A DNA stretch of 44,207 bases from an uncultured Acidobacteriota bacterium. Its GTDB lineage: Bacteria > Acidobacteriota > Polarisedimenticolia > J045. The position numbers were made by a program, and so were the translations under genes. Shown piece by piece: positions 35,130 through 44,207 of this stretch (positions are counted from its first letter, which is position 1; each line of letters opens with the position of its first letter). Location: positions 1-44,207 of the forward strand of contig CAVPCQ010000042.1 of NCBI GenBank assembly GCA_963702425.1, given 5' to 3'. Under the pieces are notes generated by a model, which saw only the letters and a program-made list of their open reading frames with translations, did no database searches and was not told the DNA's origin.

Positions 35130-36668
35130 ATGCCGGACAAAGGGTCAAACCGAGGCGGCCCCTTGCGTGCCGCCGCGCTCCTGGCCCTCGTGCTGTTCGC
35201 GGGCGGCGGCCGGCCGGAAGCCGCTCGCGGCGCCGTCGACGACCCGACGACGGAGTGGATCGAAGGCCCGGTCCGGTATCTCGTGACCCGCAGCGAGTCG
35301 CGGCTGTTCCGCACGCTCGAGACGGCCCCGGAGCGCGTGGCTTTCATCCGCGCCTTCTGGGAGCGACGCGACCCCGATCCGAGGACCCCGCAGAACGAGG
35401 CGCGGCTCGCTTTCTGGCAGCGGGTGGCGGCGGCGAACGCCCAGTTCACCGGCTCCGGCAAGCCGGGGTGGAAGACGGACCGCGGCAAGATCTACATCCT
35501 GCTGGGACCGGCGGACGACATCGAGAAGGACGAGAACTACGACACCGGCCGCCACGACCTCGGGGCCCGCGGGATGATGCGCTGGATCTACCGCGGGCTC
35601 GCCAGCAGCTCGAACCGGGTCGTGACCGTCGTCCCGTTCATCCGCGGGGCCGACGAGGACTGGTTCCTGTCCGATGACGCGCGCTTCGCCGCCGCCTCGT
35701 TCACGATGCTGAAACCGGTGAACGAGGCCCGCGTGCCGACACTCGATCGGCTGATCGAGCAGGTCCCCTGGGGCGGCGGGAACCTCGGCACGGCGATGGA
35801 CCTGGCCCGCCTGCAGGAGGTTCCGAGCGAGCGCGATCTGCTGGGCGCGATCGTGAAGGCCGAGCAGTTCCTGGGGACCTACGAAGCTTCCGGCATGGTC
35901 CACGCGCTCTCCGGTCCGCGGGGCGAGCAACTGTTCGCGTTCACGATCGCCATCCCCCGGACACGCCTGGTGCCGGCCTGGGACGGCAGCGCGGTCGGCC
36001 TTTCGCAGCGCTTCGCCGTCGCGGCGGAACTGCGGCCGCGCGGTGTCGCCCGCGCTGCGCCGCTCGCGCTGCCGGAGGAAGCGTTCGTCCCCGAGCCGGC
36101 TCCCGCGGCCGACGACCCGTGGCTGCGATTCCAGGCGGTTCGTCCCGTCTCCGCCGGGTCGTGGCAGCTCTCCGCGGTGATCTACGACCGCACCGGGGGT
36201 GGAGCCGGTTCGACGACAGTCGATCTCGTCGTCCCTCCGTCTCCCCCCGCGGCGGCACCGCGCCTGTACGGACCTGTATTGGGCCGGGACGAGGCGGCCG
36301 GCGGTCCGGAAGCGGCGGACGGCGGCACATTCCCGTTCCGTGCGGGCGTCGCGCGGGTGCTGCCGCTGCCGCGGGCCCGCATTCCGGCCGGCACTCCCGC
36401 CCGGTTCTTCGCGCTGGTCGAGGCTCCGCCAGGGTCCGACGCGCCGGTGCGGCTCAGCTGGAGGGTCGAGACCGGGGCGGGCGAGCCGACGGGACTCGCG
36501 GGGGACAGCGACGACGCGCGCGGCCCGTGGCACCTCGAGATTCCGGGCGACCAGCTCGCTCCCGGAAGCTATCGCCTTGCGGTCACCGCCGCTGCCGACG
36601 GCGCGGTGCTCGTTCGCGAAACGGCGTTCGAGATCACCGTCTCGGGCGCCCGCTCGGCAGCTCCTTGA
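35130..36668 (+). CDS. GWxTD domain-containing exported protein
   Basis: FWERRDPDPRTPQNE...AN...PGWKTDRGKIYILLGP; signal peptide; C-terminal Ig-like LAPGSYRLAV. Confidence 0.88.
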   Translation: MPDKGSNRGGPLRAAALLALVLFAGGGRPEAARGAVDDPTTEWIEGPVRYLVTRSESRLFRTLETAPERVAFIRAFWERRDPDPRTPQNEARLAFWQRVAAANAQFTGSGKPGWKTDRGKIYILLGPADDIEKDENYDTGRHDLGARGMMRWIYRGLASSSNRVVTVVPFIRGADEDWFLSDDARFAAASFTMLKPVNEARVPTLDRLIEQVPWGGGNLGTAMDLARLQEVPSERDLLGAIVKAEQFLGTYEASGMVHALSGPRGEQLFAFTIAIPRTRLVPAWDGSAVGLSQRFAVAAELRPRGVARAAPLALPEEAFVPEPAPAADDPWLRFQAVRPVSAGSWQLSAVIYDRTGGGAGSTTVDLVVPPSPPAAAPRLYGPVLGRDEAAGGPEAADGGTFPFRAGVARVLPLPRARIPAGTPARFFALVEAPPGSDAPVRLSWRVETGAGEPTGLAGDSDDARGPWHLEIPGDQLAPGSYRLAVTAAADGAVLVRETAFEITVSGARSAAP

Positions 36669-37257
36669 CCCCCGACTCGCGCGGCGCCTCGATGAGCTGC
36701 GACGCCTCGCCGAAGATCTGGAGTCCGGCCCCCTCGATCAGGTCGGCCGCTTCCGCCCCGACCAGCACGACGCGCTCGAACCCGTTGACACGCGCGTAGT
36801 AACCGGGGAGCACGGGTGAGGCCCCGCCGATCTCCAGTGACGGCGGTATCTCGGGCATCACCTCACCCTCACGGGAGGGGGGCCGGAGCGTGGCCTTCAC
36901 GACCGCCGCCGGCGGCTGAAGCCCGAACCGCTCGAGGTCGTCCGCGTTGACCGTCTCCTGCACGACGTCGAGGAAGCGCACCCGGCTCGCCGCGGCCAGG
37001 AAATCGGCCGCCGCTTCGGCCACCACGCCCTCCGGTCCGGCGGCCACCTCGAATCCCCCCGAGGGTCCGCGACGGAAGGTCGCGGCGCGGTTGCCGATCG
37101 TCGCAGTGAACTCCTGCACGCGTCCCGGGTTGTAAGGGAAGACCACGGTCCCGGGCTGCATGACCCCGCTCTTCTCGTCCTTGCGGAGCTCGTACCAGAC
37201 CAGCCCGGCGAGTGCGGCGAGCAGCACGATCCCGGCGCCGAGGCCGCCCCGTCTCAC
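36634..37257 (-). CDS. DUF4340-like membrane-anchored protein
   Basis: N-terminal TM, ERFGLQPP and LEIG..SP..GYYAR; last gene of the Gld-like ABC operon (GTGA overlap). Confidence 0.7.
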   Translation of the reverse strand: MRRGGLGAGIVLLAALAGLVWYELRKDEKSGVMQPGTVVFPYNPGRVQEFTATIGNRAATFRRGPSGGFEVAAGPEGVVAEAAADFLAAASRVRFLDVVQETVNADDLERFGLQPPAAVVKATLRPPSREGEVMPEIPPSLEIGGASPVLPGYYARVNGFERVVLVGAEAADLIEGAGLQIFGEASQLIEAPRESGVKELPSGRPRR

Positions 37258-38855
37258 TTGCTCCTCCGGGTGAGCCAGACGATCCAGCCGACCAGAAAGA
37301 CGAGGACCGGCATGCCGAGGGCGAGCGCGATCACCAGGTTCATCTGGTCCGGCGATACGGACATCGCTTCCCGGGCCGCGCGCCGCTCGCCCTCGCGTCG
37401 GATCAGCAGTTCTTCGCCGGTCAGCCAGCGCACGACGTTCAGCGCGAGCTCGCGGTTCGCCACCTGGTCGAAGTGCGCGTCGTTGAGGAAGTCGGCGTCG
37501 CCGACGAGGACGGCCCGCGCCTCGCGGCCGGCCCGCAGGTCGCCCTCTCGCGGCGGGTACTTCCGGTAGGCACCGATCGCGACGCTGACCGGCTCCGGCG
37601 GCCCGGGCTGCTGCGGAAGCCGCGCCAGCTCCTCCGCCGGCAGCAGCGCCAGCGCGAGGTCGCTCGACACGAACGGGTCCTTGCCCTGGCGCTGTGTGTC
37701 GGGCCCGAGGTCGACCAGTTTGTAGTGGAAGACCTGCTGATCGTTCATGACCGGGCCGAATTCGACCGGGCGCGCCAGCGGGAACTGGGTGAGCTGGCCG
37801 TCGAGCGCGCTCACCGAGGGGTGCAGGTAGCGATCGCCGATCACGTTCCGCGGGTCGCGGTCCCCGGTCCGGGCCCGCGGATCGAGGATCAGCCCGCGGC
37901 GGGCGAAAAGGCCCCAGCGCTCGAGCAGCTCAGCCAGCGGGTTGGGACCCTTCTCGGGCTGGGCCGGGTCGACGTCGACCAGCGCCAGGAGCCGGCCCCC
38001 GCGGCGCAGGTAGGCATCGTAGCTCGCCGCCTCCGCCGCAGTCAGCGGCTTGCGCGGGTCGGCGATCACGACCAGCGCAGCATCCTCGGGAACCTGCTCT
38101 CCGGCGCCGAGCGAGAGCGGGCGGGCCTCGTAGTACTCCTTGAGCAGGTCGGATTGCAGGCGCTGGTAGCCGAGCGCGCCGCGCGCGTCGAACGCGCGCT
38201 CCTCGTGTCCGATCACCCAGTAGAGGACTTTCGACTGTTCGCGCCCCACCTCGAGCAGCGCGGCAGCCAGGTCGCCCTCCTCGAAGCCGGGAAACACGAC
38301 CTGCCTGTCGCCGCGCCGCACGACGGTGACCCGCGACCCGGGGCGTCCCAGTCGGGCGTAGAGGTCGGGCTGCTGGTTCGGGTCGGCGACCGTCAGCTTG
38401 AGCTTCGGCTGCTCGGCGGCGAACGTCTCGAAGAGGACCCTGGCCGAGCGGAAGGTGTGCCGGTCGGCCTGCGGAAAGAAGCCGACGACCTCGACCCCGT
38501 CGGGCAGCGATTTCAGGACGCGATCGGTCGCGGGGTGGAGCGAGAAGGCTCGCGTCCGGGTGAGGTCCCAGCGCTCGTTGTAGCGGGCGGCGAGGAAGTT
38601 CACGAGCAGCACGATCCCCGCCGCGACGGCGATCGAGGCCAGCGCCCCGGCTCCCTGACGCGCCCGACGCGTCCCTGTCGGCGCCAGCAGCTCGGACCGC
38701 CGGCCCCAGAGGCCGATCGCCGCCACGACGGCCCCAGCGATCAGCATCGACTGGTAGAGCCAGGGGATCGAGGTCGGCACCAGCGCCGCCCATCCCGAGC
38801 CGATCACCAGCAGCGCGAGCCCGACCGGGCCGGCGAGGTGCACGAGCTTCTTCAT
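37254..38855 (-). CDS. GldG-family ABC auxiliary component
   Basis: RWDLTRTRAFSL, GHEE, YLRRGGRLL, VLVGDADF, NRELALNVVRWL and a C-terminal TM. Confidence 0.88.
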   Translation of the reverse strand: MKKLVHLAGPVGLALLVIGSGWAALVPTSIPWLYQSMLIAGAVVAAIGLWGRRSELLAPTGTRRARQGAGALASIAVAAGIVLLVNFLAARYNERWDLTRTRAFSLHPATDRVLKSLPDGVEVVGFFPQADRHTFRSARVLFETFAAEQPKLKLTVADPNQQPDLYARLGRPGSRVTVVRRGDRQVVFPGFEEGDLAAALLEVGREQSKVLYWVIGHEERAFDARGALGYQRLQSDLLKEYYEARPLSLGAGEQVPEDAALVVIADPRKPLTAAEAASYDAYLRRGGRLLALVDVDPAQPEKGPNPLAELLERWGLFARRGLILDPRARTGDRDPRNVIGDRYLHPSVSALDGQLTQFPLARPVEFGPVMNDQQVFHYKLVDLGPDTQRQGKDPFVSSDLALALLPAEELARLPQQPGPPEPVSVAIGAYRKYPPREGDLRAGREARAVLVGDADFLNDAHFDQVANRELALNVVRWLTGEELLIRREGERRAAREAMSVSPDQMNLVIALALGMPVLVFLVGWIVWLTRRSK

Positions 38856-38859
38856 CGCA

Positions 38860-39618
38860 TCACCTCCAGCGCTGGCTGTCGACGACGCGCGCGGTCAGAT
38901 CGACCACGAACATCGTCATCGACAGGAAGTAGACCACGGCCTGCGTCTCGATCGTGCCGCGGACCAGCGCCTTCAGGTTCTCGACGGGGGTGAACTTCTC
39001 GAGCCCGGGCCCGACGATCGGGATCTGGCCGACCGCCACACCGCCCCAGTTCACGAGCGCCAGCAGGCCGAGCGCGATGATCGCCGCGACGAACGTGCTC
39101 TCGGTCAGACTCGAGGCGAGCAGCCCGATCGCGAGCAGGAAGCTCCCGTAGAGCAACGCCGCGAGGATGCCGGTCCAGATCGGCGCCGGGTCGGCGTCGC
39201 CCCACAGGCGCAGCACCAGCGGCATCCAGCCGATCAGCGCGAGCATCACCGCGAGGATGAAGACGGCGCCGAGGAACTTGCCGAGAACCAGCTGCCGCGT
39301 CGTCATCGGCGCCGTGAGCAGCAGTTCCGCCGTGTGCTGCCGGCGCTCTTCGGCGAGCAGGCGCATCGTGACCAGCGGCACGATGAAGATCAGCGCCCAC
39401 ATCACGTTGCCGCCGAAGATGTCGCGAACCAGCGCTTCGGCGCCGGGTACCTGCTGCAACTGCTGCGCCGCGGCGCGGCGCGTCCCCTCGTAAGAGTTGA
39501 GCGAGAAGACGAACAGCACCCCCATCAGGAACAGGAAGCTGGCGATCGCCGTGTAGGCCAGCGGGGAGACGAAGTAGGACTTCAGCTCGCGCTTGAAGAC
39601 CGCCCAGACCTGGCTCAT
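38860..39618 (-). CDS. ABC-2 type permease (GldF-like)
   Basis: Start MSQVWAVFKRELKSYFVSPLAY at 39618; TMRLLAEERR..TAELLLTAP and LGKFLG. Confidence 0.9.
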   Translation of the reverse strand: MSQVWAVFKRELKSYFVSPLAYTAIASFLFLMGVLFVFSLNSYEGTRRAAAQQLQQVPGAEALVRDIFGGNVMWALIFIVPLVTMRLLAEERRQHTAELLLTAPMTTRQLVLGKFLGAVFILAVMLALIGWMPLVLRLWGDADPAPIWTGILAALLYGSFLLAIGLLASSLTESTFVAAIIALGLLALVNWGGVAVGQIPIVGPGLEKFTPVENLKALVRGTIETQAVVYFLSMTMFVVDLTARVVDSQRWR

Positions 39619-40601
39619 GCGCGCGTCTCCTGCATCACCACCTCGCGGAAGACCTCCTCCAGCGTCGTCGTCTCGGGCGTGAACTCCACCAGGCCCCACG
39701 GCCCCGCGGCGAGGGCGCGGACGAAGCCCTCGCGCGCCTCGTCGCCCGGCACCAGCGCGGCGCGGTAGCGCCCCGCGCCAACTGCGTGGAGCTCGGCGAG
39801 CCCCGGCAGCCCGGCGAGCGCGCCCGGCTCCGGCGGTGGCCGGCGCAGCGAGAGGATCCACGATCCGCCGCCGTGGCGGTGCAGCAGCTCGTCCATCGGG
39901 CCCTCGGCCACGATCTGGCCGCGGTTGATGATCACGACCCGCTGGCAGGTCGCCTGAACCTCCGGGAGGATGTGACTCGAGAGGATGACGGTCCGCTCCT
40001 GGCCGATGTCGCGGATGATCGAGCGGATCTCGATCACCTGCGTCGGGTCCAGACCGACCGTCGGCTCGTCGAGGATCAGGATCCGCGGGCCGTGGATCAC
40101 CGCCTGGGCCAGGCCGACGCGCTGGCGGAATCCCTTGGAGAGGTTGCCGACCAGCCGCCGCCGCACCTCGGTCAGCCCGCACTTCTCGACGGCGGCGTCG
40201 ACCGCGGCCTTGCGCTGGCCGCGTCGCACCCGTCGGATCTCGGCCGCGAACGAGAGGTAGTCCTCGACCACCATCTCCGGGTAGAGGGGCGGGTTTTCGG
40301 GCAGGAAGCCGATCGCCTCACGGACCTCCAGCGGCTCCATCAGCACGTCGTGGGACGCAATCCGCACCGTCCCGGAGGTGGGGGGGGTGAGGCACGTCAT
40401 GACCTTCATGGTGGTGGACTTCCCCGCCCCGTTGGGGCCGAGAAACCCGAGGATTTCCCCCGCCCGCACGGTGAAAGTGATCCCCTTCACCGCCTCGTGC
40501 TGCCCATAGAGCTTGCGGAGGTTTTCGATCTCGATCATCGGGGCCCGGTCGGACGCAGTCTCCGCCCTGCCCGGGCCTCCCGGTGCCGTCGCCTCTCCCA
40601 T
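39615..40601 (-). CDS. ABC transporter ATP-binding protein (GldA-like)
   Basis: GPNGAGKST, LSKGFRQR, ILDEPT and SSHIL. Confidence 0.93.
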   Translation of the reverse strand: MGEATAPGGPGRAETASDRAPMIEIENLRKLYGQHEAVKGITFTVRAGEILGFLGPNGAGKSTTMKVMTCLTPPTSGTVRIASHDVLMEPLEVREAIGFLPENPPLYPEMVVEDYLSFAAEIRRVRRGQRKAAVDAAVEKCGLTEVRRRLVGNLSKGFRQRVGLAQAVIHGPRILILDEPTVGLDPTQVIEIRSIIRDIGQERTVILSSHILPEVQATCQRVVIINRGQIVAEGPMDELLHRHGGGSWILSLRRPPPEPGALAGLPGLAELHAVGAGRYRAALVPGDEAREGFVRALAAGPWGLVEFTPETTTLEEVFREVVMQETRA

Positions 40602-40655
40602 CGAACACCTTTCCCTGGCCGGTGCGCCCCGTGCGATCCCCGAGACCGACCTGTC

Positions 40656-40684
40656 TATCTACCGTCCAGCCGGCCCCCTGTCAA
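40656..40684 (-). promoter_or_regulatory. Possible promoter for the ABC operon
   Basis: TTGACA-17 nt-TAGATA; perfect -35, imperfect -10. Confidence 0.4.
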
Positions 40685-41149
40685 TGGAACCGCCTGCCGT
40701 TCCGCCCCTGTCGCGGGCCTGCGAGCGGGCCAGCAGGCGCTGCGCCACGGCCTCGAGGCGGAGCCGCCACTCCCCGGAGTCTGTCGGGCGCGGGGCTGCC
40801 CCCCGGCCCCGGCGGCCGGCACGGGAGCAGGGCCGGGCCCGCCGGGTGCCGTCGGCACGGACTCGACCCCGATCGGGCGGACCGCCGCCTCGAGCGCCCG
40901 GGCGAGCGGCTCGGCGAGCCCGTCGAGGTGCGGCGCGAGGCCGCGCTCCCAGCCGTCCCCCGCGAGCAGCAGCACGACCCGCTCCGGCTCCTCGCGCAGC
41001 CCCACGAGGTGGCGTCCCAGGTCGTCACCGAGCAGAGCGCGCACCGCGGCGAGGCGCGCCACCTGCCGCAGGCGCGCGGGCGCACCCCGGGGCAGCCCCG
41101 CGGCGGTCACGTGCTGCAGCCCCTCGCGCCGCTCCGATCGCTCGTCCAC
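40659..41149 (-). CDS. Hypothetical protein, possibly DciA/DUF721-like; probable frameshift in the G6 run at 40799-40804
   Basis: GTG at 41149; LLGDDLGRHL..VVLLLAGDGWERGL loosely resembles the DUF721 core. Adding one G gives a natural helical end EWRLRLEAVAQRLLAR. The family call is weak. Confidence 0.4.
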
Positions 41150-41227
41150 CGCCCAATTATCCGCCCGACGGCGCGCCGTGCGCGCCGGCATGTTATCGTC
41201 GCCGCCTGCCCGCGGGAGGTTCTCGCG

Positions 41228-41458
41228 ATGAAGACGTTCCCCGATCACTGCCGCTTCCGGACCAGCGTGGGCGGGGTCCTGTACTGCCAGGACGCGCCGT
41301 ACGAGCACGGCCTCTGTCGCTTCCACTACGAGGCCTACCTGGGTGGCGAACTCCTCTCGAACGGACAGATCAACGAGCTGCTTTCCGACCAGGACCGGCG
41401 GCGCGACATCAACCACCACGGCATCGGCGAGCGGGCGGCGGACTACATCCTCGAGTAG
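41228..41458 (+). CDS. 76-aa hypothetical protein with C-x11-C-x9-C-x2-H motif
   Basis: GGAGGT RBS at 41215-41220, extended -10 TGtTATCGT at 41191-41199 and GC3-rich codons; hidden at the end of track ORF 40583..41458. Confidence 0.8.
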   Translation: MKTFPDHCRFRTSVGGVLYCQDAPYEHGLCRFHYEAYLGGELLSNGQINELLSDQDRRRDINHHGIGERAADYILE

Positions 41459-41472
41459 CACCCCGCGCCGGA

Positions 41473-42507
41473 CTACCGCCGCCGAGTGCCGGACTGGTAG
41501 CGCTGCACGGCGCGGTTGTGTTCGGCCAGGGTCCGGCTGAACTGGTGCGTCCCGTCGCCGCGCGCGACGAAGTAGAGCGAACCGGTCCGCTGCGGTTGCA
41601 GGACCGCGCGCAGCGCAGCCAGCCCGGGTGAGCCGATCGGGCCCGGCGGCAGGCCCCCGCGGGTGTAGGTGTTGTAGGGATCGTCGCGCTCGAGGTCGAT
41701 GCGCGTCAGGTTTCCGTCCCAGTCCCCGGCCCGCTCGCGCATGTAGATCACCGTCGGGTCGGACTGCAGCGGCATCCCGCGCGCGAGGCGGTCGACGAAC
41801 ACTCCCGCGACCTGCGACCGCTCGCTCGCGCTGCCGGTCTCGCGCTCGACGATCGAGGCCAGGATCACGATCTCGTGGAGCGGACGCCCGGAAGCCTGCC
41901 ACTGCCCGGCGTACGGCCCGACGAAGCGGCGGCGGAAGTTCTCGACCAGCGCCGCGGTGACCGCATGCGGAGCAGTCCCGGGCCGGAAGCGGTAGGTGTC
42001 CGGGAAGAGGTACCCCTCGAGGTCGCGCGCCGTCGGGTCGAGGTCCCGCACCGGTGCGGCGTCGTCGAAGGCCGCGCGGAGCGCCGCCTCGTCCGCCACG
42101 CCCGACGCCGCGAGCGCGGCCGCGATCTGCCGCCTCGTCCAGCCCTCGAGCAGCGTGACCTCGACCTCCGGCGCCGCGGCGTGGCGCAGTTCCTCCAGGA
42201 CCTCCGCCGGGCGAAGCGGGCGGTCAAAGCGGTGCTCGCCCGCCTGAATCGCGGCCTCGGCCCCTTCCCTGCGCAGGAACAGCTCGAACAGGCGCGCCGA
42301 TGACACGACCCGGTCGCGCGCCAGCTGCCGCGCGACCTCGCGCGCCGTGGCGCCGGTCTTCACGGCGACGACGACCGGCCGGTCGGCGCGCGGGCCCGCC
42401 GGCGTTTCCAGGAAGTTCCGCCAGCGCTGCCACCCCAGCAGCCCGGCACCCGCCGCCGCAAGCAGCGCGAGCGCTGCCGCGAGCGCCAGCGCCCGGCGGC
42501 CGCTCAC
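41473..42507 (-). CDS. mltG: Endolytic transglycosylase MltG
   Basis: GTG at 42507; TM anchor, LEGYLFPDTY, ASIVERE, LQSDPT, PYNTY, GLPPGPI and LYFVARGDG. Confidence 0.94.
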   Translation of the reverse strand: MSGRRALALAAALALLAAAGAGLLGWQRWRNFLETPAGPRADRPVVVAVKTGATAREVARQLARDRVVSSARLFELFLRREGAEAAIQAGEHRFDRPLRPAEVLEELRHAAAPEVEVTLLEGWTRRQIAAALAASGVADEAALRAAFDDAAPVRDLDPTARDLEGYLFPDTYRFRPGTAPHAVTAALVENFRRRFVGPYAGQWQASGRPLHEIVILASIVERETGSASERSQVAGVFVDRLARGMPLQSDPTVIYMRERAGDWDGNLTRIDLERDDPYNTYTRGGLPPGPIGSPGLAALRAVLQPQRTGSLYFVARGDGTHQFSRTLAEHNRAVQRYQSGTRRR

Positions 42508-42938
42508 TTCGCGTCCGTGCCGCCGCGCCGGGCGGCCCGATCGAGGTAGTCCTGCAGGATGTAGGTTGCCGCGATCTTGTCGACGACCTGCTTGCGCCGG
42601 CGGCGCGAGAGGTCGGACTCGATCAGCATTCGCTCCGCGTCGACGGTCGTCAGGCGCTCGTCCTCGCGGTGGACCACGAGACCCATCCGCTCCAGGGCCC
42701 CGACGATCCGGTCGGCCTCGGCGGTCATCGCGCCCGGCGAGCCGTCGAGGTTCAGCGGCAGCCCGACGACGGCCTCGCAGATTCCGCGCCCCTCGACGAT
42801 CGTGGCGAGCGCGGCCAGGTCGCGCGCCATCCCCGCGCGGCGGATCACGGTCAGCGGCAGCGCGACGCGCTGCGCGTCGTCGCTGACCGCGAGCCCCAGC
42901 GTCCTGGTCCCGACGTCGATCCCGAGCACCTGTCCCAC
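42504..42938 (-). CDS. ruvX: RuvX/YqgF family nuclease
   Basis: LGIDVGTRTLGLAVSD, VVGLP, DERLTT and VDKIAATYILQDYL. Confidence 0.93.
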   Translation of the reverse strand: MGQVLGIDVGTRTLGLAVSDDAQRVALPLTVIRRAGMARDLAALATIVEGRGICEAVVGLPLNLDGSPGAMTAEADRIVGALERMGLVVHREDERLTTVDAERMLIESDLSRRRRKQVVDKIAATYILQDYLDRAARRGGTDAK

Positions 42939-42950
42939 GCGCCCCCCGCC

Positions 42951-44207
42951 TCAGAAGACGTCGCCGATCGCGAAGTAGAACTGGCCGACCGATTCGCCCG
43001 GCTGGCGGTCGAGCTTCCAGCCGTACTCGGCGCGCAGCGCACCGATCGGGGTCCGGTAGCGGAAGCCGAGGCCCACCGTGTTCCGCGTGTCGAACGGATC
43101 CCACTGCGGGACCGCAGCCAGACGTTCCCACGGTCCGTGAAGACCACGACCTCGGCTTCGCGCCAGACGCGGTAGCGCGCTTCGAGGTTGAAGACGAAGA
43201 GCGACTGTCCCCCTACCGCCAGCGGGGTCCCCGGCTTGGGCTGGTCCGCCGGCGGGTCGGGAGTTCCGTCGCAGTCGATGTCGTCGCGACCCGTGGCCAG
43301 CGGGTTGAGCGCATCGCGCGGGAATCCGCGAACGCTGTCGAATCCGCCGGTGAAGAAGCGCTTCTGCAGCGGGACGCAGACCGTGTCGCCGTAGGGAGGG
43401 GCGAATCCGACCCGCACCGCCGAGGCGAAGGTCAGGCGCTTGCCGATCGGCCAGTACCCGCCGATCTGGCCCTGGAGGCGCCAGAACTCGTCCTCCGAGG
43501 CGAGCCAGCTTGAGAACAGGCCGACATCGCTGCGCACCACCCAGCCGCGCGTCGGCAGGAAGGGATCGTCGCGCCGGTCGTATTGTCCCGAAAACGAGAG
43601 CGAGCCCAGCCGGACCGGCTGGGTCTGCTGCTCGAGCAGGGCCGCCTGGAGATCGTCATTCAAGGCCGAGCTCTCGACGATCCGGGTGTCCTGAGCTGGT
43701 AGCGCACGAGCCAGCGCTTGTGCCGCAGTTCTGGGACCGCGAGCTGCACCGCCGCGCTCGTCGTATCCGAGGTGAAGCTGGGTAGACCTCCTGCTCCCAG
43801 CCGGCGGTGATCAGCCCCTCCAGGGTGTTGTGCCGGATGTGGCGGTCCTGAAGCATGCGCGCGCGCACTCCCTTGAGGATCGACGAGTAGTAGGCCTGGA
43901 GGCCGCCCGTCCGGCCGATCCCCCAGAGGTTGTCGTGGGAGAGGCCGACGGCGACGGCAAACTTGGTCTCGGTGTCCCAGCCGCCCGACAGGGAGACCGA
44001 GGTGGCCGGCGTTTCCTTGAACTCGATCACGACCGACCGCAACTCGGGCTGCTCCGGGAGCGGCGTCGTGACGACGTTGATCTCGCGGAACAGCCCCAGC
44101 GCGAACAGGTTGCGCTCCGTCGCCTGGACGGCGGCGCGAGTCAGCGGCTCGCCCGCCTCGAGAGTCACCGCCTCCCTGACGATCTTCTCGCGCGTCTTCT
44201 CGAGCCC
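42951..44207 (-). CDS. Omp85/BamA-TamA family outer membrane protein, C-terminal part (about 3 frameshifts)
   Basis: POTRA-like NLFALGLFREI, DNLWGIG, DRRDDPFLPTRG, RFFTGG..SVRGF, GLGFRYRTPIG and terminal Phe (AIGDVF*); frame breaks near 43780, 43693 and 43108. Confidence 0.88.

Noticed and set aside
1-44207. CRISPR array, IS element, prophage, rRNA or selenocysteine recoding
   Set aside because: No regularly spaced repeats, transposase, phage genes or rRNA seen. The only in-frame TGA inside a recognised gene is the prfB frameshift site.

Overview
Very GC-rich, densely packed core-chromosome segment of a diderm bacterium. The GWxTD, DUF4388 and bactofilin neighbourhood suggests Acidobacteriota (inference). 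Left to right: the 5' end of dnaK, grpE and hrcA; prfB with its programmed +1 frameshift at the end of a coupled nfeD-SPFH-GGDEF-SPOR-lnt run; recN-coaD-TPR; PFOR (nifJ) plus a DHOD-like flavoprotein; SRAP, SDR, DCC1 and EVE genes; a full tolQRAB-pal-cpoB operon; rpsT; an rnr-archease-rtcB operon divergent from tRNA-Leu(CAG); a HEAT lipoprotein-bactofilin-methyltransferase-like-subtilase-DUF4388 run; a GWxTD protein; a GldA/F/G-like ABC system; a small CCCH protein; mltG, ruvX and a partial Omp85/BamA-family gene. I see no mobile element, prophage or CRISPR array. Frameshifts cluster at both window ends and are most likely assembly errors. I cannot establish a new system from sequence alone. 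The best candidates are (1) the RNase R-archease-RtcB operon, (2) the bactofilin and methyltransferase-like pair with matching N-terminal peptides next to a Glu-His-Ser subtilase, and (3) a 76-aa CCCH protein the ORF track did not call separately.
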